Shown one piece after another: positions 28,513-37,749 of a stretch of 64,000 bases of DNA. Location: positions 248,001-312,000 of the IMG/VR virus record IMGVR_UViG_3300005529_000001; one strand, given 5' to 3'. Numbering within the stretch: position 1 is the stretch's first letter; every line of letters begins with the position of its first letter. The notes beneath the pieces were generated by a model. That model did no database searches, was not told where the DNA came from, and saw only the letters and a list, made by a program, of their open reading frames with translations. The position numbers and the translations under genes were made by a program.

Positions 28513-30650
28513 TCGTCTTCCCCGTCGTCGATGATAAATACATCGCTTTCATGAAGCTGGTGACCGCTCAACGATCCACTCTCAACAAGCTCTACATCAA
28601 CTGATCCGTTATTGCCATCGATCTCATCCTGGACATCGCGACCCTCGGACAGGACCTGGTTTGTGTTGTTCCGGGCTGCTTCCCACGTCTTGGTCATCTT
28701 GCCCAGGATGCTAGCAACATCTGGGGGCAACCCCATCCTGTTACCGGCGCTAATGAACTGAGGCGTTTCGTTCAACGTCTGTTCAATCTGATCTTTGGCC
28801 TCAGCAAACGGGTTTGAGATAACGCTCTTCATCCAATCAGCGTCTGTTGGATCTTCCATGGCATGGTTGTCAATACCCGTCATCTTGACGAAGTCTGGCA
28901 AGTGAGTCTTGCTGGCACCATGAGTCCTACGCCGTGAGCGGTTGTAAAGAGCACGTTGCAGCTGAGACTGTGGCTTGACGGGAGGATCTTTGCTGTTTCC
29001 CGCTACCTTCAATGCAAATGACTCGTTGTCATCACGGTCATCGCCACCCGTCAGGAGCTGATGGCTGGGGTTCTCTTCTTCTTCGGCTTCTTCCCCAGCG
29101 TTTTCTTCAGGCGGCGTTTCTCCGCCGGCTTCTTCTCCACCTGCTTCGCCTCCCTCAGGAGCAGCTCCGCCTCCACCACCTCCCCCAAAGATGTCGTCAG
29201 TGCCTCCGCCAGTGTCTTCACCACCCGCTCCGCCAGCGACTCCCTCGATCGTGTCATCGATTTGTTTCTCCGCCATCCGCTCTTCATCAAGCGCCTCGAC
29301 CTGCTCATCGTTAAGGCCCATGATTTCTTTGCGGATGAATTTCTTGCTGACAACGCCCTCAGGGGCTGAGCCGCCGATCTCGAACTTAGCACGCCACAGC
29401 TCGAGCTTCTGCTGTTGAGCGACCGTTGACGGGTTGCTTAGCCGCAACGTAAAGTTCTGCAAATCCTCGCTGTCATAACCGTGCGCATACAGGTGGATGA
29501 TCGCTAGCTTGTTCAGCTCAGCCATCATTGTCTTTTGGACAACGTTGATTGTCCGGCTGAAGCGGATGTCTTCCTGAGCAAGCGTTGCCTTGCTAGAGAG
29601 CATCTCATCGTATCCCAAGTAGGCTCTGGGGATCTTAAGAGCCGCAAAGAGCTTTTTCTGGATGTACGCTACGTCCTCGACGGCGGCGGTGTTCTGCCCG
29701 CCGGCTAACGTGTCGATCTTGGTTCCCGACTCTCCACCACGGACTGGGATGAAGAAGTCCTCCTCGACCGACATTGGATTGTAACGTAGGTCAACTCGTC
29801 CCGTGTTCCGATCAACGACCGGGGTCGTCCTCATCTGTTGGCGTTGTTGCTCGATGTAGGTGTTGACTTCGTTGGCGGGGATGTTTGCGACATCAATGTA
29901 AAAGACGCGGCGCTCGGGAGCACGAACGACACGGTAAACCAACATCGCGTCCTCGATCAAGATCAACTGGCGCCAGATGCGGCGCGCTGGCTCGATGATC
30001 GAAGAACCATAGGGCAGGAACATGTCGTTGCCCAACAACCGGAAGTGAGTGACTTCCCAGTTTTCAAGCGTTCGGTTACCGAGAGTCACCCACCGGTAAC
30101 GGACAGCGAACGGATCGTCCCTATCATAGTTCTCTTCACGCTCAATCTCGTTGACCGGGATCGGGAAAGCATTGATGACACCGTATTCAGGAGAAACGTC
30201 GTTGTAGAGGAAGAAATCACCATACTTGCAGAGGTTTCGAGCCCACGAACGGAGGTTGAACTCGACGTTCAGGACGTTGTAAAACAAGTCCTCAAGCAGC
30301 TCTTTGATCTTCTCGTTGTCCGAGTAGATGTGAAGGACACGGCCCTTCTCGTCTTGGGCACACGTCTCATCAGCATAGATGTCCATCGCTGCCGCGATCT
30401 CAGGAGTGTACTCCATCTCCTGGAAGTCTTGGTAGCGCATCAAGCGCTCGCTCAGGTTGTACGCATTGGACGTGATCGTCGCGTACGTTGGTGAGAGTGA
30501 CTTCTGGAAGAGGAGGGTACCTGATGACTTTGTCTTGTCAGCGACGGCGATCGTCGTGTCAAGGGCGCGGATCTTTCGCTTGACGACAGGTCCTGAACGG
30601 AACAGCCGGGTCAGCCTGCGAAATAAGCTCTTTGGTTCTCTCCTTGCCAT
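28509..30650 (-). CDS. gp20: Portal protein (T4 gp20 family) with long acidic/Gly-rich C-tail
   Basis: PEIAAAMDIYADE, LIEDAMLVYRVVRAPERRVFYIDV, EEDFFIP.RGG..GTKIDTL.GG, YIQKKLFAALKIP. Confidence 0.95.
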   Translation of the reverse strand: MARREPKSLFRRLTRLFRSGPVVKRKIRALDTTIAVADKTKSSGTLLFQKSLSPTYATITSNAYNLSERLMRYQDFQEMEYTPEIAAAMDIYADETCAQDEKGRVLHIYSDNEKIKELLEDLFYNVLNVEFNLRSWARNLCKYGDFFLYNDVSPEYGVINAFPIPVNEIEREENYDRDDPFAVRYRWVTLGNRTLENWEVTHFRLLGNDMFLPYGSSIIEPARRIWRQLILIEDAMLVYRVVRAPERRVFYIDVANIPANEVNTYIEQQRQQMRTTPVVDRNTGRVDLRYNPMSVEEDFFIPVRGGESGTKIDTLAGGQNTAAVEDVAYIQKKLFAALKIPRAYLGYDEMLSSKATLAQEDIRFSRTINVVQKTMMAELNKLAIIHLYAHGYDSEDLQNFTLRLSNPSTVAQQQKLELWRAKFEIGGSAPEGVVSKKFIRKEIMGLNDEQVEALDEERMAEKQIDDTIEGVAGGAGGEDTGGGTDDIFGGGGGGGAAPEGGEAGGEEAGGETPPEENAGEEAEEEENPSHQLLTGGDDRDDNESFALKVAGNSKDPPVKPQSQLQRALYNRSRRRTHGASKTHLPDFVKMTGIDNHAMEDPTDADWMKSVISNPFAEAKDQIEQTLNETPQFISAGNRMGLPPDVASILGKMTKTWEAARNNTNQVLSEGRDVQDEIDGNNGSVDVELVESGSLSGHQLHESDVFIIDDGEDE

Positions 30651-30705
30651 CTCGTTCACCCCTCCATTCTGTCGGGGCCTCTCTTACCGTATATCACCGG
30701 GAGTA

Positions 30706-31023
30706 TCAGGCGGCCTTTTTCTCACCCTTGGAACTGAGAGAAACCACCTTGGGTTCCTTCTTGACACGCGGAACGTAAGAAGCGGGGGTGCTCAGCATGT
30801 TCTCAAGAACCTTCTCAAGCTCACCGAGGTGAGGAGTACAGGCATTGATCGCTGCTGGAGGGGCTTTTTCCTTGAATGATTCGACGGCCGCCAGGAGCTT
30901 GCTAGCAACGCCGACGATGCTGTTGATCGTCTTGTGATCAACCTGCTCGTTCACCGTTCGAACCTCTTCGGCGATGATCTCCTTGAGCCTCTCGAGCGTC
31001 ACCTTGGGGGTTTTAGTCGTCAT
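30706..31023 (-). CDS. Hypothetical head-associated protein
   Basis: VTLERLKEIIAEEV motif; TACTTA upstream; ends KKAA. Confidence 0.6.
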   Translation of the reverse strand: MTTKTPKVTLERLKEIIAEEVRTVNEQVDHKTINSIVGVASKLLAAVESFKEKAPPAAINACTPHLGELEKVLENMLSTPASYVPRVKKEPKVVSLSSKGEKKAA

Positions 31024-31062
31024 CGTGTCATCCTTCTGTGGTTGTAAGTATCCACTCTCGGA

Positions 31063-32709
31063 TCACTTCCTGAGCCAGTCGAAGTCCGAGACAAAACGAC
31101 CGTAGGGACTACGTTGCAATTCTTGTGGGTTTCGTGGCCGCATGACGCTGTACGCGTTGACGCCGGCGATGTTCGGGTCGACAAGCGGTTGGGCTTCGTT
31201 GATGTTCCCGGGCATCTTGTTGATGTCTTTCCTGTCCACGTGGGTGGCAGCTAACATTGCGTATGCCATCTCGCGCGCTTGTTCGCTGACCTGACCACCA
31301 CCTTCGATGAGCCATGTTCCGATCGCCAAGCTCAGGACCAGGTCATCCCACGAGTCCTTTCCCGCAAGAGCTTTGTTCCCTTCCCAGATGAACGACTGGA
31401 GCTGGTCAAACAGGCGTCGCGAATATGACCTCAGTTGCTTGTTCCTGATCAACTCTTCTAGCTTAGCCAAGATCTGTGTTCGGGTCTTCTGGTTTGTGTT
31501 TGGAAACCCAGGTAGCTCGTCCTTAGGATCGATGGGCATGTAGTTGAACGGGTCACCCGTGTGCTTGGGATAGTAGAGCTTTTTGTAGTTGATCTGGTCA
31601 CGTAGTTTCACACAGACCAGGTATCCGAAGGTGTTTTGTTCTGGGATTATGAGGGCATCGCAGTACTTTTTGCCCCACTCCGCTAGCAAGTCTGCCAAGT
31701 GCTCTGGCGGGATCTTACCCATGTACTCAGCACACACCTCATTGTCAACGGTGTCAATGACATGGAACGCTGAGTAGTCATGCGCATCACCACGGCTGAC
31801 GTCCGCGCTCAACACATAACGGTGACCCGCGACAGGCGGGCTCCAAACCCAGACACCGCCCGCAGGCCCCTCTTTCGAGATGGGTGGCATGATCATTTCA
31901 CGCAGGTAATCGAGCTCTTCGGGCTGGAGGAATGTGTCACCTGATGCAATGAAGTCACACATGAACTCTTGCGCAATCTGACGCTTGTTCATGCCCTTTG
32001 ATTCGTTCTTGAACCATGCTTCATCGTGTTCAGGATGGACGGTCCAGTGAAGCCGGATGGGGTTGAAGCCGTTGAGTCCCGCTTCGGCTTCCGTCCACAA
32101 ACGGTAATACTGCCCGCCGACGCCCTTGGGAGTCGATAGCACGATCGCCTTGCCACCCGTCGAGATCGTTGGTTTCAGACCCGTCCAGATCTCTTCAAAA
32201 TCACGAATGATAGCAGCTTCATCAACTATCAGAAGCGACAATGCTTCTGATCGGCCCGCATCTTCAGATGTTGGGATGGCAACAACCTGCGAGCCGTTGT
32301 CAAAAGTAATGGCTTGCTTGGTGGGCTCAAACTTGGGCAGCAACAACCACTTGGGCAAATTGTCAAGGATGACCTTGCACTTTTTGATCATGTTCATCGC
32401 GGTGGGAAGCTTGGTCGCGATGATGAGGATGTTCTGGTCCTTGTAAAAGATGGCGAGCCACGTTGCGTACGCTGCACATAACGTAGACAGACCCAGCTGT
32501 CTTGACTTCAAGATGATGTTAAGACGGTGTTCTATGAACTGCCTGACGCAGTCATCCTGAAACGGGTACGTTTCAAATGGGAGCAAGCCTCGAGCGGGGT
32601 GCTGGATCTTGCAATACTTCTTCATGAAGTAGACAGGATCCTTGCCACACTTGATTATCTCCTCGATCTGCTCCTGCTTTGACAGGGGTTTTGGAGCAGC
32701 TTTCGTCAT
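31063..32709 (-). CDS. gp17: Terminase large subunit (T4 gp17 family)
   Basis: KC.KDPVYF, LKSRQLGLST (Walker A), LLIVDEAA (Walker B), STPKG, QEF.C.F, ADVSRG..DYS, DDLV. Confidence 0.95.
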   Translation of the reverse strand: MTKAAPKPLSKQEQIEEIIKCGKDPVYFMKKYCKIQHPARGLLPFETYPFQDDCVRQFIEHRLNIILKSRQLGLSTLCAAYATWLAIFYKDQNILIIATKLPTAMNMIKKCKVILDNLPKWLLLPKFEPTKQAITFDNGSQVVAIPTSEDAGRSEALSLLIVDEAAIIRDFEEIWTGLKPTISTGGKAIVLSTPKGVGGQYYRLWTEAEAGLNGFNPIRLHWTVHPEHDEAWFKNESKGMNKRQIAQEFMCDFIASGDTFLQPEELDYLREMIMPPISKEGPAGGVWVWSPPVAGHRYVLSADVSRGDAHDYSAFHVIDTVDNEVCAEYMGKIPPEHLADLLAEWGKKYCDALIIPEQNTFGYLVCVKLRDQINYKKLYYPKHTGDPFNYMPIDPKDELPGFPNTNQKTRTQILAKLEELIRNKQLRSYSRRLFDQLQSFIWEGNKALAGKDSWDDLVLSLAIGTWLIEGGGQVSEQAREMAYAMLAATHVDRKDINKMPGNINEAQPLVDPNIAGVNAYSVMRPRNPQELQRSPYGRFVSDFDWLRK

Positions 32710-33089
32710 CAGCTGATCTCGAAGACAACCCTCCGGCGGTAGTAAGCAGTCCGCAGCGGGTTATGGACGTTCATGTTGATGATCTCCAAGTTGTCTACGC
32801 TTGAAAGCTCGGAGACCTTGAGTGTCAACCCAGAGAGATCCTTGTAGCGTGATTTGATGCTTGCCACTTCAGCGTCCAAAACCGACTCTGACTCTTGGAC
32901 ATGATCTCTTTTCGTCTGGATCATCTCTTTCTCAGTGACAAACTTTACGATGACAGCGTAAGAAGCCATCATCCGGTCGGGACCCAACATGCTCCACTTG
33001 ACAGAATACGCACAAGTTTTCGGAGTCGAAGACCGTCCCCAAGTCGTGTCTGTCGCCTGTCCGAGGGCGTTGTAATCGATGTCAGCCAT
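32709..33089 (-). CDS. Hypothetical protein upstream of terminase
   Basis: TACTTA motif plus GGAG SD; coupled to the terminase gene. Confidence 0.6.
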   Translation of the reverse strand: MADIDYNALGQATDTTWGRSSTPKTCAYSVKWSMLGPDRMMASYAVIVKFVTEKEMIQTKRDHVQESESVLDAEVASIKSRYKDLSGLTLKVSELSSVDNLEIINMNVHNPLRTAYYRRRVVFEIS

Positions 33090-33122
33090 GTGGCGGTGCT
33101 CCCGCAGATAAGTATAACCTGC

Positions 33123-33425
33123 TCAGTCTACGTCAAAGGTGATTGCCAGAGGGGGTCTCTGGGCCTCCAGCTGGTTGACTTGCTCGGCGGTTGGTCTCCA
33201 GCCCTCTTTCCACTGCACGGACCTGGGCTGTGCCCAGAACAGAGCGCAACGTTCACAACAGCCCACAGCACGCCAGGAAGCCTCATCGTCACGCGTCCGC
33301 ATCAAGCACTTGCAGACTGGACACGCTAGAGGAACGGGCGGCTCAGCGTCCGTTGGGACAATGACGACAAACCCCTCAGGTTGGTCTTCGATCAGACGGT
33401 CTCGGAGGTACGGTCTCCAGGCCAT
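33123..33425 (-). CDS. Small CxxC-CxxC zinc-finger protein
   Basis: CPVC...CERC. Confidence 0.55.
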   Translation of the reverse strand: MAWRPYLRDRLIEDQPEGFVVIVPTDAEPPVPLACPVCKCLMRTRDDEASWRAVGCCERCALFWAQPRSVQWKEGWRPTAEQVNQLEAQRPPLAITFDVD

Positions 33426-36016
33426 GCTTCACTGTACACCACCCGTGCATCCTTCTCGACCTTGTTCACCTCGATGATGTGGTCAGCAACGTCCTTGACA
33501 CCCTCGACATGAGTGATAACGATGATGGTCTTGAAGTACCTCTTCAGCGACATCAACAGCCGGTTGCACTGTTCGATCGAGGCTGGGTCCATCGGGCCAA
33601 ACGCTTCGTCAATGATGAACATGTCTGTCTTGGGCAACGATGAGAGATTGATCAGGGCGACACGGAGGGCAATGGAGGCCACTGTCTTCTCCATGCCCGA
33701 GCCTAGCTCGATCGGGCGGCGGCTGTCACCGTAGTTGATGTAAACTTCCATCGCATCGCTATCGTTGTCAACCTCAAGCTCGATGTTGAAATTGACAATG
33801 CCCGTGAGGATCTTGCTGATCTCCGCATTGATGACAGGTAACTGGCTGGTGATGATTAGGTTTGGTATTCCCTTCCGTGAGAAGGCTTGAGCGATCAACT
33901 CATGCGCTTTCATCAAGCCAAGCATCTTTTCACGTTGCTCGCGGTCCTGTTCCAGCTTATCATAGTTAGACTGTTCACGACCCTTCTTTGAAGCCAAGTC
34001 AAGTCTCTCACTGTCAACCTGACGGAGACGGCGGAGTAGGTCATCTTTCCGGTGACGAAGCGCAACTGCTTCAGCGTTCTCCTCGTTCTTAAGCGCTTCC
34101 TCGAGCTCAATGAGCTTCTGGTTCGCTTCTTTCACCCGAGGATAGAGGACGCTGTTGAGCTCGAGCATCTTCTTGTCATAATCACGTTGTTCGTCTGCTA
34201 ACTTGGTCAACAGGTCACCACGCATGTTACGCAGCTGGAGCAGCTTCGTTACCCGGTTGGACAGGTCCTCGTGGCGTAGCTCCACGAGCGCGTCATCTGC
34301 TTTGTTCAGCTTCTCCAACGCTTTTTCGACACGTTCCTTCTGCGGTTCGACCTTGTCTTTGACTTTATGCGCGTCCTTAATGAATCGGCAACCTGGGAAC
34401 TGATCACCACAGGGCACATCATCCAAGATTTTAAGCGACCGTTGTTGTTGCTTCAACAGGGCAGCTTCCTTTTCATGAACAACACGTAGCTGATCGACAG
34501 CGGCCTCAAGCGTCTTATAAGCCTCAAGCCTCTTCTTCAGTTCATCAACGTCATTGTCGCGGAGCAAAGCGTCAATGGTGCTGACCTTCTGTGACTTCTG
34601 GCTCATCGAGGTCACCAGGTCACTGATCTGTTCATTGACCTTGGCACCCTGGTCACGCAGTGACTGAAGATATGACCGTTGTTTCTCGACCTCCGTCGGG
34701 GTAACCATCACTACGTCCTTAAAGGACGATTCTTCTCGGGCAACATCGGTGAGCTGGACTTGGATGTCGTGCTTCTCGTGATCCTTGATCCCGATCTGGG
34801 CATCGAGGCTCTCGAGCGTTTCTTCAAACTTCCGTTGCGCCTCGGGCCAATCACGATCGGGCAATGACTTCAAGGCGGTTTTGTTAACGTTGACGTCATC
34901 CTTGGCTAGGTCATACATCTTGTCAAAGATGTCGAGATCCAAGAATCGTGCCACGGTCTGGCGCCGTTTGGTCGAGCCTTGGTTGATGTACTGTTTGATG
35001 TCGTCCTGTGCAGCGATGCTCGTCAGCAAGGCATCCTCGCCGCTGCCAATCAGCTTCCTGATGACACGGTCAGTGTCCTTACGTTCTTCACCACCCAAGT
35101 CTTCCAGTTCACCCCCATCGACAATTTTGAAGACATTAAGGTGAGTGTTAGCGTGCTGGCGGCCCCACTTGTCTTCGTGCTTAACGGTCTGGCGTTCGAT
35201 GATGTAGTCGCTGCCGCCCGAGTTGATGATGGCTCGGGCGTAAGCGTAGTCGTGCCGCACGTTGACAACATGGAGGTTCTTGATGCTACCGCGGTCCGAC
35301 GTGTTGAACAGGACGTACAGGATGGTACCCACCACTGACGACTTGCCCTGACGGTTGGGACCGAAGATGCCGACGATGCCATTCAGAGCATCGAAGTTGA
35401 TGATGTTCCCCTCACCGTACGCGAAACAGTTGTCCCACTTCAGGTTACGAAGTGTCCACTTGGTGTTCCGAGCCACCTCGTCGTTGCCCAGGACCTTGCC
35501 CAGGTAATGGATGATCTGATCACGAACAGCTTGCCATTCTGTCTCAGTAACGTGAGAAGACGTGTGATAGTCCTTCAGCAACCGTAACAGGACGTCCGGG
35601 TTGCGCAAGTCGTCCTTTGCAAGCGTCGCGGTACCAGCGCTGATCAGCTCCCTATCGAGTTGGTGATCTGTCTTGAAAGTCACCTCACTAGCTTTCAGCT
35701 GCTCTTGCAGCTGTGACATCAGCTTGGTCACTTCTTTTTGGGCCAGGATCTCTGTCTTGCTCCTGATGCGATACCGCGTACCAGGCGGGTAGTTAGCTAC
35801 CTTCTTCAGGGTCTTCTCAACGTCACCCGCCCAATCAACAGTCACAAACGGTTTCGGATTGGGCAGTTCTTCGAACTTGACATCAAACTTGTCCCTGTTC
35901 TCGATGTCCCACAACAGGTAACCGTGAACCAATGACTCGCCATAGTTTTGCTGGACCGGACTGCCGGGGTACGCGACCCACGGCCGCTTGACGCGGATCT
36001 TGATACGCTTGCTCAA
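33392..36016 (-). CDS. sbcC: SbcC/Rad50/gp46-like ATPase carrying the C-terminal part of SbcD at its N-terminus
   Basis: N-terminal YPGS..QQNYGE..HGYLLWD (SbcD C-half); Walker A GPNRQGKSS; coiled coil; GSGME signature; FIIDE Walker B; VITH; TTG start with GAGGTG SD. Confidence 0.9.
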   Translation of the reverse strand: MSKRIKIRVKRPWVAYPGSPVQQNYGESLVHGYLLWDIENRDKFDVKFEELPNPKPFVTVDWAGDVEKTLKKVANYPPGTRYRIRSKTEILAQKEVTKLMSQLQEQLKASEVTFKTDHQLDRELISAGTATLAKDDLRNPDVLLRLLKDYHTSSHVTETEWQAVRDQIIHYLGKVLGNDEVARNTKWTLRNLKWDNCFAYGEGNIINFDALNGIVGIFGPNRQGKSSVVGTILYVLFNTSDRGSIKNLHVVNVRHDYAYARAIINSGGSDYIIERQTVKHEDKWGRQHANTHLNVFKIVDGGELEDLGGEERKDTDRVIRKLIGSGEDALLTSIAAQDDIKQYINQGSTKRRQTVARFLDLDIFDKMYDLAKDDVNVNKTALKSLPDRDWPEAQRKFEETLESLDAQIGIKDHEKHDIQVQLTDVAREESSFKDVVMVTPTEVEKQRSYLQSLRDQGAKVNEQISDLVTSMSQKSQKVSTIDALLRDNDVDELKKRLEAYKTLEAAVDQLRVVHEKEAALLKQQQRSLKILDDVPCGDQFPGCRFIKDAHKVKDKVEPQKERVEKALEKLNKADDALVELRHEDLSNRVTKLLQLRNMRGDLLTKLADEQRDYDKKMLELNSVLYPRVKEANQKLIELEEALKNEENAEAVALRHRKDDLLRRLRQVDSERLDLASKKGREQSNYDKLEQDREQREKMLGLMKAHELIAQAFSRKGIPNLIITSQLPVINAEISKILTGIVNFNIELEVDNDSDAMEVYINYGDSRRPIELGSGMEKTVASIALRVALINLSSLPKTDMFIIDEAFGPMDPASIEQCNRLLMSLKRYFKTIIVITHVEGVKDVADHIIEVNKVEKDARVVYSEAWPGDRTSETV

Positions 36017-36660
36017 GCAATCACCTCAGCTTCTGGGTATTTTGCGAGTTCGCTCTCGTCAATCTCGAGCTCAACGTCTCGACCCGCTAGGAACTGCATC
36101 TTGTGAATGTCTCCAAGCAAGACAAAGTCCCAACCACGGAAGAACTCAACCGTGATGCCCTCTTCAACCAACCAGTCACTCTCGGTTGTTGCTCCCCACA
36201 CGGGACCGTGATAACACGCGATGTTGATCTTGCCGGGTACGGGCTTTACGTTGTCCCAGTTCGGTTCATCGAACAAGCTGAAGATGCCCCAGATATATCC
36301 GGGCGAAAACTCATACGTACCACTTTCCTTGTAGACGTGAATACGTGGGTTCTTCAACGCTTTGACGATGGGCGTCACCGCATCCAAACGTGACAGGTTG
36401 ACAAGGTTACCGTCGTGGTTTCCGAGAGTAAGATGCAGTTCAGCTGTCTCTGACAACGTTTCAAGCCACCAAACCATCTGTTCGATATACTCAGGCGACA
36501 AGCCTGAGGTCTTGGTGTGAAAGATGTCGCCTCCTACAAAGACGTGGTCAACCTTCTGTTCTTTGACCTGACGTGCAAAAGCAGAAAACACCTCTCGGTA
36601 TTCGTCGTGCCTCGATAGTCCTCGCCAGTGAACGTCGGCAGTGTGAGCGATCCTCAACAT
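36013..36660 (-). CDS. sbcD: SbcD/Mre11/gp47-like metallophosphoesterase nuclease, N-terminal part
   Basis: ADVH, GGDIFH, GNHD, YHG and GDIH motifs; ends before YPGS. Confidence 0.9.
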   Translation of the reverse strand: MLRIAHTADVHWRGLSRHDEYREVFSAFARQVKEQKVDHVFVGGDIFHTKTSGLSPEYIEQMVWWLETLSETAELHLTLGNHDGNLVNLSRLDAVTPIVKALKNPRIHVYKESGTYEFSPGYIWGIFSLFDEPNWDNVKPVPGKINIACYHGPVWGATTESDWLVEEGITVEFFRGWDFVLLGDIHKMQFLAGRDVELEIDESELAKYPEAEVIA

Positions 36661-36729
36661 CTGATCTACATCTGATCAGTACCGTGCCACCGAAAGGCTG
36701 TACAAGATCAAACTCTAGCACGCAAGCGT

Positions 36730-37734
36730 TCAACGTGAAAGAACGGTTCTTGACACAAAATCGAGCTTATCTCGAAACGATTCAAACCAAGAAAACGAAG
36801 GAGCGGAAGCAATCAGTTGCTTCATCTGTGCCTTCGTTAGGCTACCTGGATCGGCATCTTTGGGCAACCGAACAATTCTGACGGGTACATCGTAATCTAC
36901 TAGCTTCCTCGCAAGGACGGGTACCTTGGTGTACCTCATGTCATCATCCAGAGCTATCACGATGGGCGTGTTATGCGCAACGATAGCGTTAAACAACGTG
37001 CTCTCTTCGTTAAGATCGCTGCCTAACAGTGGAACAGAATTGTCTGGACACTTCACCAGATCGAAAGGACCCTCACACAAGACAAGCTCACGTGTCCAAT
37101 CGATATTCAGTTCATTGAAGATGATGGGTAGCTTGTCTTCATCTGGGTTGTCATACCGCTGTTTGAACTTGTCGATCGCTCTCCCCACGAAATAGTTCAA
37201 CTCCCCCTCGCCGTTGAAAGAGGGCATGATGACCCGTCGTTTCCACCTGGGATCATCGCTATATCCCAGCTTGAAATACCAGAGATCGCGTTCCGTCAAG
37301 CCACGACCCCTTGGCATCGGTTCCATCAAATACCGTCGCATCGCAAGGACATCAGGATCACGTAATGACGCAGTCGCCAGCAACTTGAAGTCCTTGGGTA
37401 AAGCCAGCTTTGGCTTCTCTTCCATGACGTCAATGATGAGACATCTCCGCCGGGGTCCCTCTTGGGCCGGCATGAACTTCTCAACGTACTCAAGCAGTTT
37501 GTCTCTGGTCGAGTATTTCTTCAGCAACGGTGCCAGGGTGTGAGCCTTGTACCCACACGACCAACAATGGCACCTGTCATCCTCGATCAGGATCGCTAGC
37601 TTCTTCTTGCTGTGATCTTTCGGAGCGCAGATGGGACAACGAACGTCAAAATTCTTGCCGTTCCTCGCTAGCTTTCCGCTGCCAAAACAGCTCTCGATGA
37701 ACCGAACTTTGTCTGAGATTGTGATCAGACCCAC
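36730..37734 (-). CDS. DNA primase-like protein (Zn finger + TOPRIM)
   Basis: CPIC..CWSC, LGY...RVIMP....YFVGR, LCEGPFD, ALDDD, DPG. Confidence 0.85.
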   Translation of the reverse strand: MGLITISDKVRFIESCFGSGKLARNGKNFDVRCPICAPKDHSKKKLAILIEDDRCHCWSCGYKAHTLAPLLKKYSTRDKLLEYVEKFMPAQEGPRRRCLIIDVMEEKPKLALPKDFKLLATASLRDPDVLAMRRYLMEPMPRGRGLTERDLWYFKLGYSDDPRWKRRVIMPSFNGEGELNYFVGRAIDKFKQRYDNPDEDKLPIIFNELNIDWTRELVLCEGPFDLVKCPDNSVPLLGSDLNEESTLFNAIVAHNTPIVIALDDDMRYTKVPVLARKLVDYDVPVRIVRLPKDADPGSLTKAQMKQLIASAPSFSWFESFRDKLDFVSRTVLSR

Positions 37735-37749
37735 GCGTCAATCGTAACC

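Noticed and set aside
36005-36030. Programmed -1 frameshift joining sbcD and sbcC
   Set aside because: No slippery heptamer; the -1 frame is closed by a TGA four codons upstream; a good SD precedes the TTG. An assembly indel cannot be excluded.
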